A stretch of 64,000 nt of DNA, taken from Octopus vulgaris (lineage: Eukaryota). The notes beneath the pieces are model-generated. The model made no database searches. It was not told the DNA's origin and saw nothing but the letters and a program-made list of their open reading frames with translations. Positions 11,536 through 24,989 of this stretch are shown piece after piece; positions within the stretch are counted from its first letter, which is position 1; each line of letters begins with the position of its first letter. The DNA is taken from positions 10,850,001-10,914,000 of the forward strand of contig OX597838.1 of NCBI GenBank assembly GCA_951406725.2. Reading direction: 5' to 3'. The position numbers and the translations under genes are program-made.

Positions 11536-13389
11536 AAATAGGTTCCAGGGTAGGAATATTAAAATTCATCCTGGAAGTGTTAGAAGGATTTATTTATAAA
11601 ACTTCATAAGCTTTGGATTATTCCAGAGTTTTATTTTATGATGCAGAAACCAGAGATGGAACCTAACAAACAAGATCAATGGATCAATGTTCTCAAGAAA
11701 GCATTATGCCTGGAATAATGTGAAAAAAATCATAAAAATGGAAAAAACAAATTAAATAATAACAAAAACAACTAACGGACATTGTCAAAATTACAGACTG
11801 GACAGGTTGAGAGGATCAGTGGCAATAAATGGAGCTAAAACATAAAGAAAAGGGGTCAAGAGGCTGGATTCTGGGAGATTGTAAAAGAGACAGGAGGACA
11901 GCAAACAAGATGGAAGGATGAACTGGAGTGATTAGACAAAAACTGGATACCTAGCACCCGAAACCGAAAGTGATAGAGAAATAAGAAAGAAAGACCTTTA
12001 CCCAATAATGGGAAATCAATAACTGAGACTTTGACTGATTGATTGATTGATATCTATTTTCTATTTCTCAAAGAAAATGTGACTGCCTGTAATCTTTTTT
12101 AGATGCTTTGTAATTGTGTTAATTCATGTGAAACATCTGAAGCGAAGCTTGAGAATCGGTGATGCAGTAGAATGCTTTGTTGATGTTGTTGCTGTTGTTG
12201 TTTTATGGTCTTTCTCATAAATGATATTAGCAGACAACAAACAGGTAAAAACTATGTAAATTCTCAGTTACCAGACATTTCAAACATTTCTACGCACCAT
12301 CATATTATTACTATTATTATTACTATTATTGTTATTATTATTATTATTATTATTATTAATTCTAATATTATTACTGTTGTTGTTGGTTCTGCTGCTGCCG
12401 TTTTCCTTAATACTTCGGTAAGTGCTGACTGAAAAACAGACAGACTTGTGGCACTGTTAAAGTTGGAGAAGAAAAAAAAAAATAATATCTTTGATGAAAA
12501 ATTCAGGAAGTTAAAAAAACAATAAATAATTACAGCTTCATTGATACATCAAAGTCATACAACCTTTGCACCTTTATATACCTGTGTCTCATCCCCACCC
12601 CCACCCCCACTACAACTTCCAACAATTTCTGGTTGTCTGCTTTAATTGATTGTATGCTTTCTCACCACCCAAATTAAATCCATTTGATCTATCCACTAAA
12701 CCTTTTCCCTTGTATCATATTTTTTTATTGTCTAAAAATCCAGATCTCAACTCTAAATATTTCATCAAAACTGCTTCCATAAATTAAATCTCTGTGAAAC
12801 TCTTTCATTGCCGCTATTTGTTTCCAGGTTTGCTTATTCTGCAAAGTCTCAAATTTAATGTTCATCATCAATTTTTTCTCTTTTAGCATCCGCTTTTTCA
12901 TGCTTGCATGGTTCGAAATGTGTTTATTGAGGCAGATTTTCTACATCTGGATACCTTTCCTTTTTCCAACCTCATCTGTTTCCTAGCAAGGGAATGTTTT
13001 CCCATAGCCAAACATGTTTTTGCAGCATATTGGAAATGAGTGATCATCATCATCATCATCATCATTGTTTAGCATCTGCTTTCCATGCTGGCATGGGTTG
13101 GACGGTACAACTGGGGTTTGGGAAGCCAGAAGGCTGCACCAGGCCCAGTCTGATCTGGCAATGTTTCTACAGCTGGATGCCCTTCTTAACGTCAACCACT
13201 CCATGAGTGTAGTGGTGCTTTTTACGTGCCACCGGCATGGAGGCCAGGCGAGGCTGGCAAACGGCCACGATGGGATGGTGCTTTTTACGTGCCACCGGCA
13301 CGTGATGAGGGTTATAAATGAATCAACCTCAGTAGTTTCTTTTTAAAGCCTGGTACTTATTGATGAGGGTTGTAAGACAGTAACAAATC

Positions 13390-13700
13390 TCTCGTGGAAG
13401 CGTCATCCAACCAAAGTACAAATATAAGGGAAACTACCACCTGTATCATCTCTTGTGAAAGGTTGAAGAGTCCAGTTTGCTGGACATTATTGTAGAGTTG
13501 AAAACGAGGTAATTTCTACTCTTCTCCTCTGGAAGCCATCTGCTCGCGATACCAGAGGGCGCACACTCTCCTACCCTGATGTAATCTCCAGGGATACAGG
13601 CATCCAGCAACAGGACCTCCGTAATGCTATGATGGACCGTGAAGTCTGGCGTAACATAGTAAATTCCATTGTCTCGACCACAATCGGACAATAATGATGA
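13390..13700 (+). mobile_element. RTE-type LINE 3' end
   Basis: RVQFAGHYCR...LLLWKP...GRTLSYPDVI...AMMDREVWR. Confidence 0.8.
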
Positions 13701-14530
13701 ACAGTCATTTTACAACTACCATGTAATATCAAGATAAAGAGACACAAATACACAAATATAATGGGCTTCTTTCAGTTTTCATCTACCAAATGTACTGACA
13801 AGGCTTGAAGAATTTTTAGTCAAATGAATCAACCTCAGTAGTTTCTTATTTAAACCTGGTACTTATTCTGTTGGTCTTTTTCTGAATTACTAAGTTATAG
13901 GGACATAAACACACCAACACCAGTTGTCAAGTGGTGGTGACGGTGACAAATGCAAAGATATTATTATCTAATAATAATAATCCTTTCTACTAAAGGCACA
14001 AGGCCAGAAATTTTGAGGGAGAGGTTAAGTTGATTACATTAACCCCAATGTTTCACTGGTACTTAATTTATTGACCCTGAAAGGATGAAAGGCAAAGTCA
14101 ACCTTGGTGGAATTTGAACTCAGAATGTAAAGGTGGATGAAATACTGCTAAGCATTTTGCTCAACATGCTAATGATTCTGCTAGCTTACTGCTTTATATA
14201 ATAATAATAATAATAATAATAACAATAATAATAATAATAAATAATAATAATAATCATAATACAAATAATAATGGTTTTAATTTTTGGCACAAGGCCAGCA
14301 ATTTTGGGGAAGGGCGTAAGTTGATTTCATCAACCCCAGTGTTCAACTGGTACTTAATTTATCGAGCCCAAAAGGATTGAAGGCAAAGTTGACCTTGGAG
14401 GACTTTGAACTCTGAATGTCAAGACAGAGATGAAATGCTGGCTAAGCATTTTGCCTGGGGTGCTCACGATTCAGCCAGCTCACCGCTTTATATAATAATA
14501 ATAATAATAACAATAATAATAATAATAATA

Positions 14531-14599
<69 letters not shown>

Positions 14600-14620
<21 letters not shown>

Positions 14621-15010
14621 GTTTAACGTCCGTTCTCCATGCTAGCATGGGTTGGACGGTTCGAACGGGGATCTGGGAAGCCAGAAGGCTGCACCAGGCT
14701 CCAGTATTATATGGCAATGTTTCTACAGCTGGATGCCCTTCCTAACGCCAACCACTCCGTGAGTGTAGTGGGTGCTTTTTATGTGCCACCTGCACTGGTG
14801 CCAGGCGAGGCTGGCATCGGTCACGGTCAGATTGGTGCATTTTACGTGCCACCTGCACGGAAGCCAGTCGAGGCGGCACTGGCTTCGGCCACGATTCGGA
14901 TGGTGCTTTTTACGTGCCACCGACACGGAAGCCAGTCGAGGCGGCGCTGGCATCGGCCACGATTCGGATAGTGCTTTTTACGTATCTCCAGTCCAGGGGT
15001 CCTGGCATCA
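14600..15010 (-). mobile_element. RTE 3'-end-related short element with internal 63-68-bp tandem units and (GAT)n tail
   Basis: Same sequence as 63289-63650; other copies at ~13043-13300, 51790-52260 (+), 58740-59210. Confidence 0.8.
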
Positions 15011-15907
15011 ATAATAATAATAATAATAATTACTTTAAAAGTATTTTTTAAAGAGTCTTTTGATATATTTTAGATCCTGGAAACAAAAAAGACAGGATTT
15101 CCAATATACATAGAACCGACCATTCTTTTTTTTCGTCTCCAAAATCTTTATATTTTATAATGGATTATGTAAAGGTACAACATCTATAACTTCAGTGTCC
15201 ATTAACAATTACACAATAATCAATATACCCATTTTCTGTAATGGTTTATTGTACGGTTCTTAAAAACCATTCCAGAATTTATTGTTCTTCTTTTTCCAAT
15301 TTTTATTCATTCGGACACAGACAACAATATAATGGAAATATAAGTTTCCATTTTCAAATTATTTCATTATTTGTAAACCAATTCTATTCCATACATTAGA
15401 AGACAATAAATGAATAAACAAACAAATAAATAAATAAATAGATGAAGGAAAACATAAAAAATAAAAAGTCAGGAAGAAAAAAATTGGAAGCAGAAACTAG
15501 AACTGAACAAGTGGTGAACAAATGGATGACAATAAGTGGAACAATGGTAATATAGAACTGAAAGAGATAAAGCCAGACACTTCTGAGCTTCAAGTAAAAA
15601 CATTATAATTTCAAGCATTATCTTCTGGCTAACAACATTTTTTTAAGTGGTATGGTAGCATCGGGAACATTTTCTCAAGATCACAATATAGACTTCATTG
15701 CAGCCATTTACACTTGACAGTTAAAAAAAGTATGATAGATAAATTAATGTGTGTATTTTTTGTTTATTTATTTATTTAGTTTCAGCTCACAAGCTGTGGC
15801 CATGCTGGGGCACCGCCATTTGTGTATGTATATATATACATACACATATACATACATACACGCATATATATATATACATACGTGCGCACACACACACACA
15901 TTATATT

Positions 15908-16497
15908 TACGGGGTGCGATGGGTAAATTGTCGCCATTTTATGTTTTGATTTTCGCGCATGCACATTGTTTGTTTTTGATTATACTATACTACACAGTAT
16001 AGTAGGGTCAGTTGGGCACCGTTTGTGAGAAAAACAGCACCATGATGCAATTCACTCCACCAGAAATTTGGAAATGAAATGCTGTACTGCTTGGCATTCA
16101 TGCTGGAAGCTCCAATACAAATATTTCAGAGTGTTTGGGTGTCAATCTGAAGACATGTACCAAGAGTGATAAAAACCAAACATCCAGTCAACATCATGGT
16201 GTTTGGAGTGATCACTAGTGTTGGCGACATTATGCCTCCATTCATCTTCCCACACAGCCTCACACTCAACACAGAGGCCTACATCAAGTGCCTGGAGGAG
16301 GTAGTGTTGCCCTGGGTCATGAGTGTGGCTGCTGGAGGACCCTATATTTGACAACAGGACTCTGCACCATGCCACACAAGCAGAAGAACCCAGTCATGGC
16401 TGTCAAACAATTTCTGTGACTACATCAGCCCTAAAATTTGACCACCTAACTCCCCAGTCTACAAACCCCTTGATTATTATGTGAGGGGTGCAATTGG
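15908..16497 (+). mobile_element. Tc1/mariner-superfamily transposase remnant
   Basis: KHPVNIMVFGVITSVGDIMPPFIF...YIKCLEEVVLPW...QQDSAPCHTS...PPNSP...NPLDY. Confidence 0.8.
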
Positions 16498-16895
16498 TCA
16501 CCATGACAGAAAGGCACCCAAAAAAAAATGGTACAAGGACTTTTTAAAGAAACCCTTTGGCACCTTCCACATTGATCACCGCCAGCTGTCTGTTCTTGTT
16601 GCTGCTGATGAAGCTTGGTATTTCACTGTCCATCAAGCAACAGCCTTCTATGAAGACATCCACAGGACCATCCTTGCAGACAAGAGAAAAAGGAGGGAAA
16701 AAAGGACAAGGTCCCTGCTCAGTAAGTGCCATGTCTTCTGATACCTGATCAAAAGTGCACCAGGTTGATTCATCTCAAGGGAAAATCTGACAATGTTTGA
16801 AGCAGATCCAGCTGGTTTTCTTGAACCTTTACTCAGCCAGGATGAGTGCTGGGTTCATGACTTTGAGCCACAAATGAAGAGAATCCCTGCACTGG
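16498..16895 (+). mobile_element. Mariner transposase fragment, second family
   Basis: ENLTMFEADPAGFLEPLLSQDECWVHDFEPQMKR (DE.W motif). Confidence 0.65.
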
Positions 16896-16924
16896 AAATA
16901 TTCCTCTTCATCTGCTCCAACCAG

Positions 16925-17065
16925 CCCAGACCAGTCTACTTTTCCATGCAGCCTCTGTGGTCTTGGCTGTTCATATTGACACGGATTCCTTGGGCACCAG
17001 CAAGCTTGCAACAGATGTGGACACAGCCCTCCATAAATATTTGCTTGCAAAGCCAAGGCAAGAAG

Positions 17066-17070
<5 letters not shown>
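16925..17070 (+). mobile_element. RTE-type LINE C-terminal zinc-knuckle remnant
   Basis: FPCSLCGLGCSY*HGFLGHQQAC. Confidence 0.55.
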
Positions 17071-17098
<28 letters not shown>

Positions 17099-17149
17099 GT
17101 ATGTCTTTGAAAGAACTTTTCTTCACCCATTTCCTTCCGGTCATTCAAA

Positions 17150-17340
17150 ATGTGACCGCGTGTGTACCGTTGGCGATTTTTTTTCCTCTGTCTTTCCTTC
17201 TCCTATGTTTCCGACGAAGAGCTCCGCTCGAAACGTTAAACCCTCCTTCTTTCCTGAGCGCCCAATAATACTATATTTGTTCCACGTCCTCGCGTTGTTG
17301 TGTTTTTTTGGTGCTTTCTTGTTTGGATTAACTATATATA
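17150..17340 (+). mobile_element. Solo Penelope-type terminal repeat unit (family A; homologues ~52320-52530 on -, ~58528-58730 on +)
   Basis: Three homologous ~190-bp units, each with the hammerhead-like motif and each ending in (TA)n. Confidence 0.65.
17207..17241 (+). ncRNA. Minimal hammerhead-like motif (CCGACGA core) in a Penelope-type terminal repeat
   Basis: gttt-CCGACGA-a-gagc-tcc-gctc-GAAA-cg-TT-aaac. Confidence 0.62.
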
Positions 17341-18843
17341 TATATGTGTATATATATCTTTTGCCCGTACATTCTAACCAACTAGCCAGGCTATATATTT
17401 CTCATTATCATTTTCGAACTTGTCTGCATTCACGAGTTCTGGATGAAAAGAGCAGGAAATCGTATATCTTGCTGTTATTTAAAAAAAAATCTTTATCTTC
17501 ACTATAAGAGACCTTAAGAAATATGTTTTCTTTCAGCTGACAGGAGCGAAAGTAGAAAAAAGGTGGAGAGCGAAAGAGAGAGAGGAGGGAAAGGAGAGAG
17601 AGAGAGACTGAGGTGTGTAAAGCAATGAAGTAAGAGAGCAATGACACCAAGAAATATTGTGGTTGGTATGTAAAAATAGACATACTTCACATTGAGATGT
17701 CTAGACTTGAGTCAGGATAGAGAGAGAGACTAGAGTGATAATACAATTAAAAAAAAAAAGATACAAACAACAATAACAAATTCAAGCAATAATTAGCAAT
17801 CGTTCTTTCAAATATAAAACATATGACTTTAACGATAAAATGATAATTATTTTTTTTCTTCTGTAGCTACCAGACAATATCTGTTTACCTAGTTGTCAGT
17901 GTCTCTCCTATTTTGTGCTTATACATGAACACACACATACACACAGACACAGACACACACACACATGGTGCAGGAGAGGCTGTATGGTAAAAAGTTTGCT
18001 TCCGAACCACATAGTTCTGGGTTCAGTCCCACTGTGTGGTACCTTAAGCAAGTGTTGTGTCTTCTACTATACAAGGGTTGGCTGAAAAGCTAATAGGCTG
18101 ACAAAAATACTTCCATGAAACGTGATTAAATGAGGTTTATTTCTCAGCATAGACCCCATTGCAGTTCACACACTACTCCCATCGGTGTTTCAGTGCTTGG
18201 ATTCCATTGGTAAAGACACTTTCATCTTGTTGGTCAAAAAAGGGCATCAACAGTAGATATGATGTCATCATCACTGTGATACTGGTTTCTGCCAGCTCAC
18301 CGCAGATGAAATACCTATTTCTTTACTACCCACAAGGGGCTAAACACAGAGAGGGGACAAACAAGGACAGACAAATGGATTAAGTCGATTACATCGACCC
18401 CCCAGTGTGTAACTGGTACTTATTTAATCGACCCCGAAAGGATGAAAGGCAAAGTCGACCTCGGCGGAATTTGAACTCAGAACGTAGCGGCAAACGAAAT
18501 ACCGCTAAGCATTTCATCTGGCGTACTAACGTTTCTGCCAGCTGACCACCTTATGTACTTTTATGTATTACCAGCCTGGACACCATTTACATGACACCAG
18601 CATCGACCATGATCAGGATTTCACTTGGCTTGACAAGTCTTCTCAAACATATATTTGTATGTATGTATATACATATCTGTATGTGTATGAGTTTGTCCCC
18701 ACCACCACCACCACTTAACAACTGGTGTTGGTCTGTTTACATCCCTGTAACTTAGCAGTTCAGCAAGAGAGACCAATAAGTACCAGACTTAAAAATAAGT
18801 TCACAGTGTGAGGATAAGAGAAAGTGCATGAGAGAGTCAACCC

Positions 18844-18874
<31 letters not shown>

Positions 18875-18954
18875 CACACATATATATATGTATATACAGT
18901 GTGTGTGTGTGTGTGTGTGTGCATGAGAGAGAGAGAAAGAGAGAAACAAAAGAC

Positions 18955-18990
<36 letters not shown>

Positions 18991-19022
18991 TTTATTTAAA
19001 GCAGCAGAAAATTCAACAAAAC

Positions 19023-19060
19023 CTGTTACTCTGAGTTTCCCGTTGCCGTTCATCGGACAG
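19023..19060 (-). ncRNA. Minimal hammerhead motif with CCGAUGA core
   Basis: Minus strand: ctgt-CCGATGA-a-cg-gcaa-cg-g-GAAA-ctcagag-TA-acag. Stems I, II and III all pair. Confidence 0.7.
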
Positions 19061-19170
19061 TTTTTAAATAAAGCATATTACTCTACCACTGGTATTTGAG
19101 TACTCTTTTTTCCACCTTGTTTCACATTTATGTGTTTACTCCGGTATATATATATATATATATAATATAT

Positions 19171-19245
<75 letters not shown>

Positions 19246-19914
19246 ATTTTACGTTTTGCAAATTGCAGCATTTTCCCATTCCCATCTGAATACTTGTTGT
19301 TTTTCTTCTTTTTTTTTCCGCCATAATCACAAACAGGATATTACTTTACATATTAATATTTTTATATTAATTCATTTCTGTATTCTTTCCCCAACCAGCA
19401 ACGGCTGGCAGGTTCCTCGGTTTGTATAACGCATATAAATTATCAGAACAAATATTTTCCATGAAAGAACGAACATGCTCTCACACCAACACCTCGATTG
19501 TAATCAGACAACTGGAACGCTGTTCTAATAGAAAGCAATGAGATGACTGCAATCTAATTGTTCTAATAGATTACAGTGAGATGAGTGGAATGTAATATTT
19601 CTAAAAGATTACAATGAAAGGACAAAAACCTAATCATTCTAATAGATTGGATAAGACTAGACTGGACTGGACTGGACTGGACTGGACTGGACTGGACCGG
19701 ACTGTCCATGTTCAGTCCACTGTAGGATGAAGGGCTCAGCATTTTACCTCCACCAATCAAGGTCTGATGTGGAGGCTCTGAATTTGAGCTTGAGATCATA
19801 CTGGTTTGATGAGCCTACTCTGCCACCTTTGGATAGACACGGCTTGGCAAAGGGGTTTGAATTTGGGGGCTAGATGTGACTGGTTTAAATGCTAAAGGGT
19901 TATATTTATATCTA

Positions 19915-20135
19915 GATCGCCATGTTGATTCACTAGCTTCTGCACGCATTTTTTTTCTCTCCTTGTTTCTTTCCGTGTTTCTTTTCTGTGTATCTTTCTG
20001 TTGAAGAGCATAGGCTCGAAACGTAAAAGACTTGTTTTATTTATATTCCTGAGCGCCATACTAATACAATTGTTTGTTTGTATTCCACCTGCCTTTGTCT
20101 TTTGTTTATTTTCATAAAGTTTCCCGTTATATTTA
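19915..20135 (+). mobile_element. Solo Penelope-type terminal repeat unit (family B, homologous to ~25910-26052)
   Basis: Shares the ctccttgtttctttc...hammerhead...gagc(g)ccatactaatac...ccacctg sequence with the repeat abutting the GIY-YIG ORF. Confidence 0.65.
19993..20030 (+). ncRNA. Minimal hammerhead-like motif (CTGTTGA core)
   Basis: tcttt-CTGTTGA-a-gagc-atag-gctc-GAAA-cg-TA-aaaga. Confidence 0.62.
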
Positions 20136-21769
20136 TATCTATTTTGTCTCCAGTGGAGGAGGTAACATGGCGTTTGAAAACTGATGATTGAGACATTGGG
20201 ATGAGGTGGTGAAGCATGACCTTTGAACGTTGGGCCTCACAGATGCAATGACAGGAGACTGAGACCTTTGAAACTATGTAGTTGCTCCCCAACTACATGG
20301 TTTCACATTTAGTCTTACAGTATCACACTTTGGGCAAGTGCCTTCTCCTATAGCTCCTGGCTGACCAAAGCCTTGTCATTGGATTTTGTAGATGGAAACT
20401 GGGCAGAAGCATATCACCATCATTTAACATCCATTTTCCATGCTGGCATATGTTGGGTGGCTTAACAGTAGCTGGCAAACTAGTGGACTGTGCCAAGGTC
20501 TACAATCTGCATGTATGTGTGTGTGTAAATATATAGCTAGCTAGACACATAACAAACATAAATATAAATGAAGACTGCTGACAAATTGTATTGGCCCTTG
20601 TCTTTCCTTTGGACAATACAAGTTGCAAAGAGAGGGAAGAATTACAAGCAAGGGCAACAACTGATCTTCCATAAAAATAAACCAAAAGATCCCTGCTTAA
20701 TTCTTAACATACTGCCAAAAATTGTCTAACTCAAAAACCTGGTCATGTAAGGATTCAATTGCAGAACAGAACTGAACAACAGAAGAAGAGACTAGAATTT
20801 TCTCTATTACATTAAAAAATTCCTTACTACCTACAAAATGAATGTAAACAAGGTTAGTACAATTCATGTGATATCATGCATTTTTTTTGGCTGATATGAT
20901 ACTGTGTTGTACAGGAAGTTAAGAGTTAAGTCTGTGTACTGGAGGGAGGAACTTCCTAAGTACACATCTATGGTTGTATATGAATACGGAAGCCAAATAT
21001 TGTGATTATCTGATAGTGATTTGTTTCGCTATTCTGGAAACCTATAAGAAAATCTAAGAAAATTTAAAATGTTTTTCTCTTGATATATGTTGCTTGAGAC
21101 TGTATCTTTTAAAAGTTCATTAAAATTATATCACTATAAAATTAATTATGGCATGAGTAGATTTTCATAAATATTGTAGATATTTTAAATTAAATTGTTT
21201 AATTATGTCCGCTAAGATTTTTCTTTACTTTTACACATTGTATATTTATATGACAATATATGCATGTCATAAAAAAAAAATAATAATAATAATCTCAAAA
21301 TCAGTTTTTGATGTCAAAGGAATATACCACTAACTAAATTAGATAAACTATATATAACTTCTTTTATGTTTTAACTTGCAATATCTTTTGTTAATAGAAA
21401 GTAAAACCAAAGTTTCTCTTGATTTATAGAACATTTTATCATATGACAGGTTACGTTAATTAATTTTACATATCTGTGTATGTGTGCGTGTGCGTGCATA
21501 CCTGTACACACACATGCACATGTATATGTATTAATATATATATATATATATAAAGATATATGGCAGTGAAACTGCTGATGATATGTTGATATGTGTAGGG
21601 TTGAAAGAAATAAAGCTAGTATGATCCGCTGGATGTGTTATGTCAGTGTGTAAGCGCCCTGAGAGAAATGTTGGGCACAAGAAGCATCAGATGTGGCATG
21701 AAAGAGAGACGTATATATGTATATATATATCTGTGTATGTGCATATATATATATGTATTTTTGTGTATG

Positions 21770-21818
<49 letters not shown>

Positions 21819-22993
21819 GAGTATTTATTCATAAATGAGGCAGAAGAAATTCAAATACATCAGAGTATAGTCACAATGGCTGGCATAAATATTTATTAAT
21901 TAGCGAAATGATAATCAGCGGAAATCAGAGTCTGATTCCTTCACTTGTTCAGGAGAGTTGATGTTACGATTGTTTAACCCAAGGTAAGCTGATCAAGTGG
22001 ACCTAACGTTAACGACATTCCAGCCAAGGCCATAATGTCTTTCATTCAGAGAGTGCATCTAGTATTATAGTATTTGAGGGATTTAGCTGTTCTTTCTAGC
22101 ATGCCTGGTCCATTCACACCCTCTCCTCTGAATATCAGTAGCTCTATGGATCCTTTACAACACAAAGCTGTTCTGCCACACCACCGATAGTCTGTCCCCC
22201 ACCTCTCAGATTCCATAGTCTTGTGAGCTGCATGGCAACATCACTAATGCTTGTGGCACAAAAAGGAATAAAAAGAAACCCAGTGCACTGCAAAGTGCTC
22301 AGTATTAGGAAAGGCATCTAGGCCAAAGCAGGCAATGGAGCACAATGCAGGCCTTGAACACATCACATCCTGTGAAACCCTCCTATCCAAAACCAGCATG
22401 GAGCATGGACATTAAATGACAATGATGATGATATTAATAGATGCAGTCATGGGTTTAGACAAGTGTCTGCTACTGTAGAGTCAGGCTGACCAATACCATG
22501 TGAAATTTGGTAAATGGAAACTATAAAGAAGCCCATTGAGTTCGTATAATTATAGAGCTACTTAGATTGTTAAAATACATAAACAATAATAATGAAATTA
22601 TTGTATACAGTGCTCAGGTGCACCACAACTTGTCAAAAGTGCATATAAAGCATATGCAGTAATGTACAAATGTCTGGAAAGTGAACAGTGTATGAGTCAG
22701 ATACATGATTGCGTGTGTTTGGAGGGGAGAAAATCAGGTGTAGCGTTGGCGAATCTCAGGAAGCATGGAAGTTTTGAAGGATGCAGTGCTCTGACAACTA
22801 ACAAATGTAAACAAAGATTATAAGCTAAAAAGGACACAAAGATACAAAGTTAAATAAGTAGAGCATGTGATGGAAAAAGCACAGAAATACAAAAAAAAAA
22901 AATGCAACAGTGAGAGAATGTGTACAATGAAAAATGAAAATAAATATGTCAATGAAAGGAATAGAAGAGGATCTCAAAAAAACTGAAACAAAC

Positions 22994-23194
22994 CTCATCC
23001 ATCTCTCCATTGATAAAAACGTAATCGCCTGAATTAAGGGCCAGTTCTGTTTCAGGGTTTTCGTTAGGTGAGAATTGGAAAGGATCATAGTTATACTTGG
23101 CAATGTACACCTGGACCTGGCCTGATCCAACCATTGCAGGTAAACGGCTGTCTGCTAGCAGACGTCCAGGTGGTTTACTCATGTTGTGAGGCGT
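22994..23194 (-). CDS. RIMBP2: RIM-binding protein (RIMBP2-like) exon encoding the N-terminal half of an SH3 domain
   Basis: Acceptor ttttattgcag, donor GAG|gtttgt, 201 nt, phase 0-0. Translates TPHNMSKPPGRLLADSRLPAMVGSGQVQVYIAKYNYDPFQFSPNENPETELALNSGDYVFINGEMDE; the YxYDP..SPN..P..EL.L..GDY.....MDE pattern is characteristic of RIM-BP SH3 domains. Confidence 0.92.
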
Positions 23195-23387
23195 CTGCAA
23201 TAAAACATATAAAATGAATTTAGAAATGAATAACTGTGAGATGCATGAATTAAAGAACAATCAACAAAAACAGAATCATTCCTGAAACACAATACAAAAT
23301 AAAAATATATATTTATGTATATATGTATATTTCTATATGTGTATATATATGTATATATGTGTGTATATATAGATATATACATATATT

Positions 23388-23488
<101 letters not shown>

Positions 23489-23507
23489 GTGTGTGTGTGT
23501 ATGTGTG

Positions 23508-23549
<42 letters not shown>

Positions 23550-23551
<2 letters not shown>

Positions 23552-24479
23552 CTGGGTCATCCCATAAATTTTGTGGCTTTTTCAATTGCATGGACTAAAA
23601 GTCGGAGAGAGGATGGGATAAACTACCTGCATCAACTTGTTATATAAGCAGGTAGTAATTTTACCATGTCCTTATTCTTAGTGAAATTTTTGAAGAGTTA
23701 TTTTCACAAAGCTATAATGGAAGTGAGAAAGGAACATAATTGGCATATTCACTTTTATGAGTTCAATAAAAGCAACAATTCAACAGAAAGTGTGAGGAAT
23801 ATTAATGCATTATATGGGGATCAGACAATAAGCGTAAGTCAGTGTCAATGGTGGTTCCAGAAATACCAAGCTGGAAACTCCAGCCTAGAAGACGAGCCTC
23901 GTCCTGGAAGATCTGTAGAGCTTGACAAGGACGTCCTGCAAACCCTGGCGGAACAAAATTCCATCGTAACTATTGAGGAACTAACAGAGAAGCATGGATT
24001 TGGTCATTCGATCATTCGTCAACACCAGTACTAGAAGAAAAACTGCTTGGCTACATACAGCAAGGATGATATTTCAAAGGCTGGAGCAGTTTGAATGGGA
24101 AACGATGCCCCACCCACCATATTTGCTGTACATTAACCCATCTAATTATCATTTATTCTGCAGTCTTCAAAACCATTTGGATGGAAAATATATGATTTCT
24201 GTAGACGAGACCAAGTCTACCAGATAGACGGAAGAGCATTGTAGAAAATGAAGGTGACTCTTTTACTCTTTTACTTGTTTCAGTCATTTGACTGTGGCCA
24301 TGCTGGAGCACCGCCTTTAGTCGAGCAATTCAACCCCGGGACTTATTCTTTGTAAGCCCAGTACTTATTCTATCGGTCTCTTTTGCCGAACCGCTAAGTG
24401 ACGGGGAATGTAAACACACCAGCATTGGTTGTCAAGCAATGCTAGGGGGACAAACACAGACACACAAACACACACACAT

Positions 24480-24532
<53 letters not shown>

Positions 24533-24782
24533 TACGACAGGCTTCTTTCAGTTTCTGTCTACCAAATACACTCACAAGGCATTGGTCGGCCCGGGGATAT
24601 AGCAGAAGACACTTGCCCAAGATGCCACGCAGTGGGGCTGAATCCGGAACTATGTGGTTGGTTAGCAAGCTACTTACCACACAGCCACTCCTGCACCTGA
24701 GTATATTTTAGATTAAAAAAGAACCTTGTTTATCTTAATTTTGAAAAGTAAAAACCATATAAAAAACCCCGCATGATGGGAC
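23550..24782 (+). mobile_element. Internally deleted copy of the same mariner family
   Basis: Same left TIR; HTH region (EDEPRPGRS) joined to PHPPY...PSNYHLF; interrupted by a SINE. Confidence 0.88.
24256..24697 (-). mobile_element. SINE family S1 nested in a mariner derivative
   Basis: Interrupts the mariner 3' end (gaaaatgaagg...gagtatattttagatt; compare 49130-49155). Confidence 0.9.
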
Positions 24783-24989
24783 AAGTATATTAACCTATTG
24801 AGGTTTAAATCTAATTAAAAATAGCACAATGGAATATTCACAATACTAAAAGCTAAAATGTTTCAAATTGCAGGCACTCTTCCAAATCAATTATCCAATA
24901 TGTTTGGTTCTATAAAGTTTCAGAAAAAGTGGAACAGAATTTATGTCTAAATGAGGGAATCACATCAGAGAATCTATTAATGTGTTTAA

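Noticed and set aside
14771-14985. CRISPR-like repeat-spacer look
   Set aside because: The spacers are homologous to each other, the context is a eukaryotic LINE 3' end, and there are no cas genes.
20822-20850. Possible 3-nt microexon (ttttgtag|GTA|gtaagg, minus strand)
   Set aside because: Expected by chance in 64 kb; cannot be supported without RNA data.
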